Of a DNA stretch of 64,000 bases, positions 1 to 9,542 are shown piece by piece. Positions within the stretch are counted from its first letter, which is position 1. Every line of letters starts with the position of its first letter. The DNA comes from a phage, in NCBI GenBank assembly GCA_033286805.1, contig GCA_033286805.1_4727.1, one strand, 5' to 3'. The position numbers and the translations under genes were made by a program. The notes beneath the pieces are model-generated. The model saw only the letters and a program-made list of their open reading frames with translations, did no database searches and had not been told where the DNA came from.

Positions 1-54
1 TGCTTCTTTAAGAAGCCATAGCGAACAGCCTCATCCGGCATGAGCGTCCACGCA

Positions 55-375
55 TTAACGGGTTGCTTTACGAGTTCCATGTAACACCTCATCAAGATTA
101 TCACTTACACCTGGCGGTACCACGATACCGGTACGAATCACAGCAGCAACTTCCTGCATGCCTTTACCCTTCAACGCATAGGTTTCATATACCTTATTAC
201 GTCGCGTCGTTAATCCAACAAATTTACATACGACCATGTTGTTTTCTGAAAGGTAGGCGGTGTCGAGTTCACCATGCAACAATTCTTTCTCTTTGGTATC
301 AATACCCAATAACGCAATTTGATAAGCTGAAAGTTTCCAATAGCGCATGTTATCACCCAAACTGTTAAGAAGCAT
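55..375 (-). CDS. hypothetical protein (start uncertain; internal ATG near 348 avoids overlap)
   Basis: 106-aa ORF on dominant minus strand; no recognised motif. Confidence 0.35.
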   Translation of the reverse strand: MLLNSLGDNMRYWKLSAYQIALLGIDTKEKELLHGELDTAYLSENNMVVCKFVGLTTRRNKVYETYALKGKGMQEVAAVIRTGIVVPPGVSDNLDEVLHGTRKATR

Positions 376-781
376 CCTGTTTAATGTCGATGAGTATTTC
401 CGTTCGAACCGGATTAGTCAGCACAGCACGCATGCGTTCAAGCATCATTGGGTTATCCGTAACCACCACATCGGCGTAACACAATGGATGACTTTCGAAT
501 GCTTCGGTGTCACTTACTAACATAACGCCCATCACATTTACGTATTGCGGTATGCGTCCACGGATGCGCTGCCACATGTCTTGAGTAAGGTCTTCGTTTT
601 CTAATGCAACCACGATGACAGGACTGATATTTACCGGGAAACGCGGATGCGCCGTGCGGCGAAAGGTCACCCAGCTTTCGACGTGGGATAATGCAAGTTC
701 AAGAGAACAGCACTTTGGAGAAATCTGTATGTTTATTTGCTGAATCAATGAAAGGGGGTTTTGTACAGTCGCTTCAGCCAT
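365..781 (-). CDS. hypothetical protein
   Basis: 138-aa ORF, minus-strand gene array. Confidence 0.5.
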   Translation of the reverse strand: MAEATVQNPLSLIQQINIQISPKCCSLELALSHVESWVTFRRTAHPRFPVNISPVIVVALENEDLTQDMWQRIRGRIPQYVNVMGVMLVSDTEAFESHPLCYADVVVTDNPMMLERMRAVLTNPVRTEILIDIKQDAS

Positions 782-1759
782 TTACTTTTTCCTGAAAATT
801 AATGTCGGTAAGCCATTTCTTACAGCATAATACAACACTAAGAGGTTAATCTTGCCTGCGGATACCGTAAGCATTTTACGACGACGTGGTAAACTAACCG
901 GTACGGTAGATGCCATCGTCGCACTGTTCTTGAACGTTTGGGAATAACGTCGCAGCGATGCTTCACCTAACAATGGAAGGAACAGATCCTCAGTAAGAAT
1001 ATCATCGCAGATATACGTAATCGCAAGTAACGGCGGATTCCACTCGTTCAGGAACTCGAAAATCTCGTTTGCGATACCCAGCGCGTTATTGGGAAGCGGA
1101 ACCTCACGAACGTATTTCTGATTGCCTTTATCCAGCAGGATTCTTGACATACAGTAATCGTGGATTATACCCGAAATATCATCCGCTGTTTCTGCGCTCT
1201 GCATCAACGCCTGTGCTTCTTCCCAGGTCAGTTGACGTTTTGTTTCGTAGTAGGTTGGTTTCAAAACCGCGTAAAAATCGTGGATTAAGCGACCAACGTC
1301 CCCACGGGTTTTCTCTGCCAACGCGATTGCGTACGCTTTCTTCTCCGCATCCGTTAAGATCTGATTACGCCACAACTCGTATTCGTCTAACAGCTCGGTG
1401 TATTTGGCTGTCCATTCAGAGGAAAGATAATAACCAATACTGTCAATCAATGCGTGCGTTAAAACACCCAGACGCTCGCGTCTTGGATCGACCGACGGCT
1501 CATAAACAAAAGGTAGCTTCGGTTTTTCAAAGCCGCTGGCTACAACGGTATCTGAAAAAGCGTTAGCGAAAACACCCATCGGTTTCCACGACGTAAGGAG
1601 ATCCTGATACAGCATCGGATGAACATTATTAATCGCTGTGAGTTTATCATCGAAAAGACTCACGCTTGGATGTTCGGCATTCGCAAGCTCAAAATAAATT
1701 CTTTCGAGCAACGCCTTTACCGCATCGCGTGTCTTATCGATTGGGCCAACAGAAGCCAT
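782..1759 (-). CDS. hypothetical protein
   Basis: 325-aa ORF abutting downstream gene; no recognised motif. Confidence 0.55.
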   Translation of the reverse strand: MASVGPIDKTRDAVKALLERIYFELANAEHPSVSLFDDKLTAINNVHPMLYQDLLTSWKPMGVFANAFSDTVVASGFEKPKLPFVYEPSVDPRRERLGVLTHALIDSIGYYLSSEWTAKYTELLDEYELWRNQILTDAEKKAYAIALAEKTRGDVGRLIHDFYAVLKPTYYETKRQLTWEEAQALMQSAETADDISGIIHDYCMSRILLDKGNQKYVREVPLPNNALGIANEIFEFLNEWNPPLLAITYICDDILTEDLFLPLLGEASLRRYSQTFKNSATMASTVPVSLPRRRKMLTVSAGKINLLVLYYAVRNGLPTLIFRKK

Positions 1760-1773
1760 GTAAATTATCCTCG

Positions 1774-2040
1774 TTAAAAAGTACCCATGATCGATAGGGC
1801 AATATGGTCTTTGTTCGCACGCGCTTGTAACGACATATCAAGACCGCTTTTCTTAATATGCCAGCGTGCCACCAGTTCCGGTTGGTCAACGGAATACAGC
1901 CCTTCTCGATGTTGATTCAACCATTTAGCAATCGGATGCAATTTATCGGGATTGACCACACCCAATTCCAAGCCGCCAGGTGTTAATGGTTTAGAATAAA
2001 AGTCAAGTGCGTTCCGTAAAAAGTCATCCTCGATGCTCAT
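1774..2040 (-). CDS. hypothetical protein
   Basis: 88-aa ORF; start overlaps stop of upstream small ORF (ATGA). Confidence 0.45.
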   Translation of the reverse strand: MSIEDDFLRNALDFYSKPLTPGGLELGVVNPDKLHPIAKWLNQHREGLYSVDQPELVARWHIKKSGLDMSLQARANKDHIALSIMGTF

Positions 2041-2153
2041 CGTAGCATACCTACCATGCCAATTACGGCAAACAGTACGCCGACGGCGCTATACGCAAGC
2101 AGCGCTTTAGCAGCCCAAGATTTTATTTCCGTAAGCTCGTCATTATTCACCAT
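2037..2153 (-). CDS. small hydrophobic (single-TM) protein, 38 aa, not in ORF track
   Basis: ATG at 2153 preceded by GAGGTG SD; translation MVNNDELTEIKSWAAKALLAYSAVGVLFAVIGMVGMLR; ATGA overlap with next gene. Confidence 0.4.
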   Translation of the reverse strand: MVNNDELTEIKSWAAKALLAYSAVGVLFAVIGMVGMLR

Positions 2154-2204
2154 GTTTCACCTCGTTCGGTTGTTGTCTGATCTCATACCTTTACTTAAGC
2201 GTAT

Positions 2205-2224
2205 CCCCCGTCATTAAGACGGGG
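2205..2224 (-). terminator. stem-loop downstream of gene 2231-2605
   Basis: CCCCGTC / GACGGGG stem with ATTAA loop immediately after the stop codon. Confidence 0.4.
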
Positions 2225-2230
2225 TGCTTA

Positions 2231-2605
2231 TCACCAGAGACGATTACCTTCCTCGTCCCACCAAGCAATCGCTTGTGTCGACTCGAATGTGTTAGGGCGT
2301 AATGTCATACCCTTGCGGTCAACGATTAACCGCAACTCGGTACCGAACCATTCAATCGAGATAAACAAACCCTTCCGAATGATTGCTTGATAACCTGATA
2401 GCCGCTCAAAGAGTCGTTGAAAGATCTCATCATGCCCACACGACACTAATGCTTCTGAATAGCGTCGCATCGATTTTGCATCGCTAGGTAAGCGTGTTTT
2501 ACAGTCCCACCATAACACAGCGTACATCAATGCGGCATTACGCAATCGTAACGATTGAACTGGTGTTAGCTGTCGTCCTTCAACATCATCGATAATAACG
2601 TACAT
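2231..2605 (-). CDS. hypothetical protein
   Basis: 124-aa ORF. Confidence 0.5.
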   Translation of the reverse strand: MYVIIDDVEGRQLTPVQSLRLRNAALMYAVLWWDCKTRLPSDAKSMRRYSEALVSCGHDEIFQRLFERLSGYQAIIRKGLFISIEWFGTELRLIVDRKGMTLRPNTFESTQAIAWWDEEGNRLW

Positions 2606-2838
2606 TGCGTCTTATTCCGCGTTTGTTTCCTTAACATGGACACATTCCGCATCGATAGTCACACCGGTAGAACGATGGGTCTCGCTGGTAGAATCAAATC
2701 CGCTGTTGAACAACATGGCGAACGTGTTATTATCCATACGAGCAAAGGTCTCCGCAATACGATCGGGATGAAAATCGGTGCGGTTGATGGTCGATTTCAC
2801 AAAAACTCCTATAAACAATTTAATTATTGGTATTAAGA

Positions 2839-3324
2839 TTAAAGCAGAATCTGCGGACAGCAGCATGATTCGTAACCACCTTCATGTGGTAACGTATTGC
2901 TGGTGTCAGGCCAAACAAGCTGGATACCTGCAACTTTTTTACCATAACGAGCGAAAGCCGATATCGCATACACTTCGTTGAAGGATTCAATATCCTCAAT
3001 TTCGCGCACGTCAAGACGCAAGGTTTCACCCGTACCCTTCAAAGTCAGATTGCCATCGAACGCGCCTAACGGGATGGTCTTTGCCTTCACCATGAAGTTA
3101 CCCAGTTTGTTGATTGCTGAACCAAGGGCAGGGCAGTAACCGGATACGAAGATTTCCGGCATTCCGTGTTCGGTTAGACCAACAGTATACATAAAGCCAG
3201 GCTCGTCGCTTCCCTCATCAGGAGCGACACTGATAATAGCCCATTGCTTTTTCTCGATATATTCTTCGATAAAATCGTCCAGTTTTGAAAAATTGTTTTC
3301 ATTAAGCTTAACTGTGTTACTCAT
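2839..3324 (-). CDS. hypothetical protein (possible DUF4262-like)
   Basis: 161-aa ORF; FMYTVGL...PEIFV segment recalls DUF4262, unverified. Confidence 0.5.
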   Translation of the reverse strand: MSNTVKLNENNFSKLDDFIEEYIEKKQWAIISVAPDEGSDEPGFMYTVGLTEHGMPEIFVSGYCPALGSAINKLGNFMVKAKTIPLGAFDGNLTLKGTGETLRLDVREIEDIESFNEVYAISAFARYGKKVAGIQLVWPDTSNTLPHEGGYESCCCPQILL

Positions 3325-3610
3325 GTTCTTTATCCTTTAATGCATTTTCTAACCAGCGGACATAACTTTCACGATAAAGGTGAATATGTCTTTTACCGTC
3401 GCGAAAGTTAGGGTCAATAAGATGAATCGCAGCATGGGTTGAAGTCATCGCATGCTGTAAATGTTTTCGTGTTAATCGCCCAAGTTTTACCCAGCGTTGA
3501 ATATACCGTGCGTCTGCCGCTAAACAGGTACGTTCATCGATGAAAGGTACCAATACCTGAACGATACTACCGTAATACACCATCGAACTGTTGAACATCT
3601 GCGTCTCCAT
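3317..3610 (-). CDS. hypothetical protein
   Basis: 97-aa ORF. Confidence 0.45.
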   Translation of the reverse strand: METQMFNSSMVYYGSIVQVLVPFIDERTCLAADARYIQRWVKLGRLTRKHLQHAMTSTHAAIHLIDPNFRDGKRHIHLYRESYVRWLENALKDKEHE

Positions 3611-3628
3611 GCAAATGGATGGGGCGGA

Positions 3629-3937
3629 TTAGTGAAGAATTACTGTTTGCGACCCTTTCTCGTATTCGGTAAGTAACTCGTCGTACCGACGATCGACTGC
3701 CTTGATTGCATTATCGATCTCCGACATATCTGATACAACAGATCGTTTCGCTTCCAGTCGATATACTAACGCATCACGCATACCCTCGGCTGCAGCGAGT
3801 TCGCAAGTTGCTTGATGTTTATTATCCGAAAAGACGAAGAATGGTTTGTTCTCTTCATCAGCCAGGAAGTAGTTACGAATCTCAACCAACCTTTCTTCTG
3901 GAACCAGTTCACAATTGTTTTCGTTCATTTTCATCAT
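3629..3937 (-). CDS. hypothetical protein
   Basis: 102-aa ORF. Confidence 0.45.
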   Translation of the reverse strand: MMKMNENNCELVPEERLVEIRNYFLADEENKPFFVFSDNKHQATCELAAAEGMRDALVYRLEAKRSVVSDMSEIDNAIKAVDRRYDELLTEYEKGSQTVILH

Positions 3938-3942
3938 CTCTC

Positions 3943-4275
3943 TTAAAGTTTTAACGTATTGACGCCGCTTATAAAGGCGTTGATTTCATTGTCGATGTTA
4001 CCGGTTTGCTCGATAATCTTCTCCACCATCAATCTTGGTTTGTTATAAGCAATACTTACAGCATCGGGACCATTCCCATACATGCTCGCCACGTAAATTC
4101 GAAGTTCTTTTAAACGATCAAGTAACAACTGCGCGATTTCCAGAACTTCTTCTGTAGCGGTCTGTACGTTGCATTCGCGTAACTTGTGCTCTAACAGCGA
4201 TGTCGCGGCATCGAGCATGGATGTGTATTTACGATAGTTATAAATATCAATTATAGCTGTCTGATTCATATACAC
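3943..4275 (-). CDS. hypothetical protein
   Basis: 110-aa ORF. Confidence 0.45.
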   Translation of the reverse strand: MYMNQTAIIDIYNYRKYTSMLDAATSLLEHKLRECNVQTATEEVLEIAQLLLDRLKELRIYVASMYGNGPDAVSIAYNKPRLMVEKIIEQTGNIDNEINAFISGVNTLKL

Positions 4276-4280
4276 GTTAT

Positions 4281-4649
4281 TTATTTATCGGGGTCTGGAA
4301 AATAGTAAAATCGCCAATGCAACATAGAGATCGCATTTCTTATTTGATTCGCACGAACACAGCGTCCGAGAAAGGACTTGTAGCAAGAATCGCAATCCAT
4401 GAACAACTCATGGCTCGATTTCATCAGAACCACGATGTCTCTTATATACGAATTGCAGTACTCGATAAACGGGTCTGTATCGTACGTATATTTCCTCGCA
4501 CTACCTATCCCCAACTCTCTATTTAACTCACGACAATTTATCATGAGCTTCACATAACGGATAAGCCGAACGAAGTCACGTAAATTACGATTAAACCAAT
4601 ATCGATACCAAAATGACTGTATACTCCGAACAGTTCTATTTAACTTCAT
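4281..4649 (-). CDS. hypothetical protein
   Basis: 122-aa ORF. Confidence 0.45.
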   Translation of the reverse strand: MKLNRTVRSIQSFWYRYWFNRNLRDFVRLIRYVKLMINCRELNRELGIGSARKYTYDTDPFIEYCNSYIRDIVVLMKSSHELFMDCDSCYKSFLGRCVRANQIRNAISMLHWRFYYFPDPDK

Positions 4650-5280
4650 TGATACCTTCTATTAGTTGTACAGCAACTTCTTTTTCGGTGCTATAAAAGA
4701 ACTTGCGGTGGAACTGAACAAGAAGCTTTTCGAATTTACATTGAACGATCTTTTTGCGTTCGATATGACCCAGGGAGAGCAAAGCACCCATGCAACGTAC
4801 CGCTTGTTCGAGAACCTGTTTCGCGGTATCGTGATCGTCCGGTAACGGTAAATCTTCCTCGTCATCTTTAGCGATAAGACGTCTAATGATGTTATCGATA
4901 CGTATCTCATCACCGTTAATGAAAGCGCCTTTCTCCCATTCATCAAATCGTTGATGGATTCGACGTTGTAAGTTGGCCCTGTCTTCCGTTAACTCTTTCA
5001 ACTGGCTTTCTAAGTGGGATACGGTACGGCGGTCGGTTTCAGTGAAGTTTTCCGATTCTTTGTACCACCAATCGTTACGCGCTTGTAAGTCATTAATGCG
5101 AGAAATCGTCCGACGACACTCGTTAACAAACGCATCGCCGTTCGATAGCTCCGTACCGAAATAGCATTTGTATTTATAACGCATAACACGGATTAAACGT
5201 TTCGTTAGAAAACCTTGTTTCTCCAGTTTCTTCTTCAGTTGGGTGTATTTCTCTTCTTTTGTTTCCGCGATATCTTTCAT
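4636..5280 (-). CDS. hypothetical protein
   Basis: 214-aa ORF, charged/coiled-coil-like composition. Confidence 0.5.
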   Translation of the reverse strand: MKDIAETKEEKYTQLKKKLEKQGFLTKRLIRVMRYKYKCYFGTELSNGDAFVNECRRTISRINDLQARNDWWYKESENFTETDRRTVSHLESQLKELTEDRANLQRRIHQRFDEWEKGAFINGDEIRIDNIIRRLIAKDDEEDLPLPDDHDTAKQVLEQAVRCMGALLSLGHIERKKIVQCKFEKLLVQFHRKFFYSTEKEVAVQLIEGINEVK

Positions 5281-5627
5281 GCCATATTCTCCGTTATATG
5301 CTTTAAACTGTTACGTATACTTTTCAATCGGTGGTTAAATCCGGAACGATAACATTTCCGTACAACCCTTGGCGCTCGCGCTTTATTCGCCTGATGAAGC
5401 TGTTCATTCACCTGCGACGCTATACGTAAACGCTCTAATAAAGAGCTCAACCGAATGACAACCAACGGTTGTTCTTTCACCTTCTCTAGTTTGAGTAAAG
5501 AGTCAATATGAAACTTTATATCGATAATCTGATTCCTGTTTTTGCGGTACTGATGAATATACCAGCATCGACGAAAATAGGCGATGCTAAGCATAGGGTG
5601 GATCCTCTTCAACGCTATCTCCAACAA
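5277..5627 (-). CDS. hypothetical protein
   Basis: 116-aa ORF. Confidence 0.45.
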   Translation of the reverse strand: MLEIALKRIHPMLSIAYFRRCWYIHQYRKNRNQIIDIKFHIDSLLKLEKVKEQPLVVIRLSSLLERLRIASQVNEQLHQANKARAPRVVRKCYRSGFNHRLKSIRNSLKHITENMA

Positions 5628-5812
5628 TACATCGGATTAGGTGATTTATGGCATTTATAAATACCTACTTTCTTCTGTCTACCTTTACCTGGGCCTCGTT
5701 TAACGCGTTTGTTATAAACACGACCCAAATATCGAGTGACGATAGATCGGGATAAATACATCGGATCGATATAATCCAGAGTACCCGCTTCTGTTTCTTC
5801 GAGGCATTGCAT
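5615..5812 (-). CDS. small basic protein, KxGxxKGK-motif paralog 1
   Basis: 65 aa; VKRGPGKGRQKK motif shared with two neighbouring small ORFs. Confidence 0.4.
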   Translation of the reverse strand: MQCLEETEAGTLDYIDPMYLSRSIVTRYLGRVYNKRVKRGPGKGRQKKVGIYKCHKSPNPMYCWR

Positions 5813-5838
5813 GCGTAACTCCTCTTTCCTCTAAGAAG

Positions 5839-6045
5839 TCAATCCAGCATAAGCCACGGCATCGCTTTCGCGATAGAATCCACCGCAGCATTTGCGATCC
5901 TTCGTTCAGTCGTTGGTACCACGTGCGCCACGAACCGTTTCCCTTTATTGCAACCTTTCTTGTGTTTTCCTTTGACCAAACGAACACCAATCATGTCGTT
6001 GATAACATGATTTAGTATGTGGCGCTGTAGAGAATTAATCATCAC
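5839..6045 (-). CDS. small basic protein, KxGxxKGK-motif paralog 2
   Basis: 68 aa; VKGKHKKGCNKGKRF motif. Confidence 0.4.
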   Translation of the reverse strand: MMINSLQRHILNHVINDMIGVRLVKGKHKKGCNKGKRFVAHVVPTTERRIANAAVDSIAKAMPWLMLD

Positions 6046-6181
6046 TTTTACTCCAGGCAGAGAAGATTCTCGGTTTTAGTTCTATCTGTCCGCATATCCA
6101 GGTGTATCTCCATTTACCTTTACGAGGACCTTTCTTATTTTTAACACCTATCAGAATACGATAGGGGTACGACCAAGTCAT
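6035..6181 (-). CDS. small basic protein, KxGxxKGK-motif paralog 3 (48 aa, not in ORF track)
   Basis: ATG at 6181 with AGGAG SD 7 nt upstream; translation MTWSYPYRILIGVKNKKGPRKGKWRYTWICGQ... Confidence 0.35.
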   Translation of the reverse strand: MTWSYPYRILIGVKNKKGPRKGKWRYTWICGQIELKPRIFSAWSKSDD

Positions 6182-6210
6182 TGTAAACTCCTAAATAAAT
6201 CTCAATGTTC

Positions 6211-6537
6211 TTAATGCAGTTGCTTCTTAAAACCTAATTTAAGAAGCGTCATTCTCTTGTCGATGGTATCTAATGCTTCCAGCAAGGATTCACGCTGTTC
6301 TTTCGTAAGCATATCGACGCGTAGACGTTCGTTAATTTCTGCTTTAAGCTGTATAGGAAGGGTTTGTGTAAGTATGCTATCAGCCTCCATCTCGTAACTA
6401 TTTTTCGGTGTGGGTAATGCTTCAGTAACACCGGTGAGATAAAAACCGATAGTGGTTACTCGTTCATCCATTGCTTCTAGCAGTTCAGAACTTACTTCAT
6501 CCACGATAGTTCTCCGTATTAGGGTGGGCGTACCCAC
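6211..6537 (-). CDS. hypothetical protein
   Basis: 108-aa ORF. Confidence 0.45.
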   Translation of the reverse strand: MGTPTLIRRTIVDEVSSELLEAMDERVTTIGFYLTGVTEALPTPKNSYEMEADSILTQTLPIQLKAEINERLRVDMLTKEQRESLLEALDTIDKRMTLLKLGFKKQLH

Positions 6538-6551
6538 CCTCGGTTGTTAAT

Positions 6552-7571
6552 TTACACCGCCACCTTAGCCTTGATAGCGGGGTGTGATTGATATCCGACG
6601 AACACAAAGTCTTCGTAACGGTAATCCGTAATACTTTCCGGTTTACGTACGATTGTTAGCTTCGGTAATGGGTACGGCTCACGGCTGAGCTGCTCTTTAA
6701 CCTGTTCGAAGTGGTTATGATAGATGTGGCAATCTCCACCCGTCCACACGAACTCACCAACGTCCATATTCAGCTGTTGGGCAAGCATATGCGTCAGCAA
6801 CGAATATGAGGCGATGTTGAACGGTGTTCCGAGCAACACGTCCTGTGATCTGGCTAACAGCATACAAGACAAGGCACGTGTTGGTACGTTATGCGCATTC
6901 AACCAAAGTTCCGTTTCACTATGTCGTACATCATCCGTAACCCACTGGGTTCTTAATACGTCGTTGCGTTGAACATAATCAACGCGTTCATCGACTGTGA
7001 GTTCGTGGGTATAGAACTGATAGAAACTGTGGCATGCTGGAAGCGCCATATCGTCTAAATCGCCTACGTTCCACGCGCTAACGATGATCCGTCGAGAATC
7101 AGGATCTTCTTTAAGCTGACGCATCACGTTTGCGATTTGGTCGTGGTGTTTAACATACAAGAGATGTTTGACCATACCGGCGTCAACAACACCGCAATAC
7201 TCATAGCCGCGTTGCATCAACTCACGAGTACGTTCTGTATCGTGCGGGACAACCATTTTGTAGTCGATCCATTCCCGCCATTGTTTGCCGTAAATAGGTC
7301 CTAGATTCCCTTCTTCGTCAGCCCACTCATTCCAGATGCGAACACCGTTATCCTGAAGATAAGCAACGTTTGTATCACCATTAAGAAACCAGAGCAGTTC
7401 GTGGATAACGCTCTTAAGGTGAATCTTCTTGGTGGTTACCAGCGGGAATCCTTTCTTCAAGTCAAAACGCATCTGACGTCCGAATACGGAACGGGTCCCG
7501 GTGCCTGTACGATCAGCTTTATCACGACCATTATCCATGATGTCTTGCAAAAGGTCCAAATACTGTTTCAT
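6552..7571 (-). CDS. thyA: thymidylate synthase (ThyA) with two internal insertions
   Basis: MKQYLDLLQ...DRTGTGT...FPLVTTKK...[20 protein letters not shown], catalytic-Cys region PACHSF all align to bacterial ThyA; GAGGA SD before ATG. Confidence 0.9.
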   Translation of the reverse strand: MKQYLDLLQDIMDNGRDKADRTGTGTRSVFGRQMRFDLKKGFPLVTTKKIHLKSVIHELLWFLNGDTNVAYLQDNGVRIWNEWADEEGNLGPIYGKQWREWIDYKMVVPHDTERTRELMQRGYEYCGVVDAGMVKHLLYVKHHDQIANVMRQLKEDPDSRRIIVSAWNVGDLDDMALPACHSFYQFYTHELTVDERVDYVQRNDVLRTQWVTDDVRHSETELWLNAHNVPTRALSCMLLARSQDVLLGTPFNIASYSLLTHMLAQQLNMDVGEFVWTGGDCHIYHNHFEQVKEQLSREPYPLPKLTIVRKPESITDYRYEDFVFVGYQSHPAIKAKVAV

Positions 7572-7771
7572 TTTAATCCTCTAAGTGTTTCAAGTAGTTC
7601 CTGAAATTTATAACGATATTTAGGATCGCTTAACGTGTAGCAGCAACCATGTAACACGTTATACGCGAAATCGGCTTGTAAACCACGAACCTTCGGATCC
7701 AATGATAGATTCAACGGCGCATCATCAAAAATCCACGCCTCAATGTTCTTCTTGGATTCCTTCGTTAACAT
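7568..7771 (-). CDS. hypothetical protein
   Basis: 67-aa ORF, 4-nt overlap with thyA start. Confidence 0.4.
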   Translation of the reverse strand: MLTKESKKNIEAWIFDDAPLNLSLDPKVRGLQADFAYNVLHGCCYTLSDPKYRYKFQELLETLRGLK

Positions 7772-7902
7772 CGTTGTTCACCTCGTCGTAAAAGTAAATA
7801 GAGTTTTGTCGAGACGCCCTAATTACTTACAACGTCGGTTCTCCCGGCTTCAGAGAATTCTTAAAATCCGTTAGTTTTGATAGATAGGGTAAGACGGCAT
7901 AA

Positions 7903-7923
7903 AAGCCTCCCATTACGGGAGGC
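7903..7923 (-). terminator. GC-rich hairpin followed by TTTATGCCGTC motif
   Basis: AGCCTCCC-ATTAC-GGGAGGCT stem-loop just after stop of 7937-8485; recurrent motif family. Confidence 0.5.
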
Positions 7924-7936
7924 TCCATCAATCAAC

Positions 7937-8485
7937 TTACTTCACGAGAACAGCGAATTCGAGAACGTAAATAGTCTCGTCATCCATCGGATTTGTTGTG
8001 GTATAGCCAGCAAATTGATAGCCCATATCCACGATAAACTCGCTAAGTTTATCGATGACTGATACCCCGATACGATCGTCAACAGACAGACGACATTTAC
8101 GGGTTATGTTTTGCCCGCGAGGAACGCCAGCTAACACGGATAGGAAATGTACGATCCGGTTATTGGTTGCGAACTGCTTGAAATCGTCGTAGTGTTTAAG
8201 GTCTTTCATCGCAGACTCTACAGTCATCCGGCGACCAGGTGATACATACTCAGAATAAGAATAAGCTGCAATCGTGCGGCGGTCTTCAGTGAGGTAAGTG
8301 TTCCCATCAGGATGATAACTTTCGATTGTTCCGTCTTCATAGGCGACGGTCACAACAGGTGCGCCGTATTCGTCGCGACCGAAATCAACTTTACATTTGT
8401 CCGAAAGCGGTAGAATCGTACAAGGCTTTGCATTGTTCTCATCAGGGAGATCGTAACCACTCATCATTTTCAAGAACATAGACAT
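7937..8485 (-). CDS. hypothetical protein, tandem paralog A
   Basis: 182 aa; shares ENNAKPCTILP / FGRDEYG segments with 8572-9105. Confidence 0.55.
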   Translation of the reverse strand: MSMFLKMMSGYDLPDENNAKPCTILPLSDKCKVDFGRDEYGAPVVTVAYEDGTIESYHPDGNTYLTEDRRTIAAYSYSEYVSPGRRMTVESAMKDLKHYDDFKQFATNNRIVHFLSVLAGVPRGQNITRKCRLSVDDRIGVSVIDKLSEFIVDMGYQFAGYTTTNPMDDETIYVLEFAVLVK

Positions 8486-8537
8486 AATAGAACCTCATGA
8501 TAATAGATAATAGAAATGATAGATAGTACAGCAAAAT

Positions 8538-8561
8538 GAGGGGGTATTATCCCACCCCCTC
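8538..8561 (-). terminator. hairpin downstream of 8572-9105
   Basis: GAGGGGGT / ACCCCCTC stem then ATTTTGCTG on minus strand. Confidence 0.45.
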
Positions 8562-8571
8562 GCAGGGATTA

Positions 8572-9105
8572 CTACTTAACGATCGCGATGATTTTACCGC
8601 CCGCACCGGCGTAATATGCCGTTAAATTACCAGTAAACAACTCTTGTAAAAGACGATTTACGTGACTAACAAAGTTAGGATTGTCTGATTTTACAAACTC
8701 GATGTGACGCGTTTGTTTTATATCACGATCGATTAAGCGTATTTCCAACAACGCACGAATGAGGTTATCGTCAAGTTTACCACTTGCATCCAGCACTTCC
8801 CCATACGTCGTAGCACGGACGTCTGCATACATACGGTCAACATCATCCTTCCCAAAACCACAGGAATAGGCATACGTTGCGATGGTATTACCATTATCCA
8901 TCACGTAAACGTTACCGCCTGGGTAATCGATAAATCGTTGATCCTTATCACCATGAGCGACGAACTCCAGTGTCGGTCTACCTAGTGAATCACGATTGAA
9001 TTCGATAGTTGTCAAACGGTCAGGCACCACATGTAACGTAAACGGTTTTGCATTGTTACGATCGCTAGTATCGCAGTTGCCCATTACTTTTACGATAACA
9101 CTCAT
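8572..9105 (-). CDS. hypothetical protein, tandem paralog B
   Basis: 177 aa; DRNNAKPFTLHVVPD / FNRDSLGRPTLEF similar to neighbour. Confidence 0.55.
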   Translation of the reverse strand: MSVIVKVMGNCDTSDRNNAKPFTLHVVPDRLTTIEFNRDSLGRPTLEFVAHGDKDQRFIDYPGGNVYVMDNGNTIATYAYSCGFGKDDVDRMYADVRATTYGEVLDASGKLDDNLIRALLEIRLIDRDIKQTRHIEFVKSDNPNFVSHVNRLLQELFTGNLTAYYAGAGGKIIAIVK

Positions 9106-9179
9106 GTTTTATTCCTTAGTAGTCCTAGTAGTAGTATTGAGGAATTTCACCTCATTAGATAGTCTATTTTGGTAATGTT

Positions 9180-9512
9180 TTACTGAAACAAGACATTAAA
9201 TTCGACGAGATACCCATCGGATCTATCACCACGATATCTGTTGCAGAAAACACCGAATTTCATCAAAAACACACATAACTCTTCGGCTTTGTATAGCGGA
9301 ATACGATTTTCGTCGAGCAGGGGGCACTTATGGCTAACCCGCTCCGACGAATCAACACAACACAAATAAAGAAGGAACCGAACGATGGCTCGGTTCTTAG
9401 TGAAGCTCTCGAATTCACCTGCGGTTCTGAACTCATCGAGGAGCTTTGTCGTTTTCTTCAATCGTTCACGATCAAGCATGTTAACCTCAATACGAACATA
9501 ACCCTCCTCCAA
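9180..9512 (-). CDS. hypothetical protein (track start is TTG; ATG at 9479 more likely)
   Basis: 110-aa ORF; track start overlaps hairpin 9502-9533. Confidence 0.4.
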   Translation of the reverse strand: MEEGYVRIEVNMLDRERLKKTTKLLDEFRTAGEFESFTKNRAIVRFLLYLCCVDSSERVSHKCPLLDENRIPLYKAEELCVFLMKFGVFCNRYRGDRSDGYLVEFNVLFQ

Positions 9513-9533
9513 CCCGTCAGGGAAGGAGGAGGG
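9502..9533 (-). terminator. hairpin after 9543-9857
   Basis: CCCTCCTCC / GGAGGAGGG 9-bp stem. Confidence 0.4.
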
Positions 9534-9542
9534 GATATGCCG

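Noticed and set aside
63-368. Plus-strand 101-aa ORF
   Set aside because: Lies antisense to minus-strand ORF 55-375 in a minus-strand gene array; no RBS or motif support.
1069-1566. Plus-strand 165-aa ORF
   Set aside because: Fully nested antisense inside the 325-aa minus-strand gene 782-1759.
5712-5990. 92-aa minus-strand ORF
   Set aside because: Spans the gap between two small basic-protein genes in a different frame and overlaps both by 100-150 nt; likely a shadow ORF.
6552-7571. ThyA insertions as an intein
   Set aside because: Insertions are short (25 and 40 aa) and lack Hint-domain block A/B/F/G signatures.
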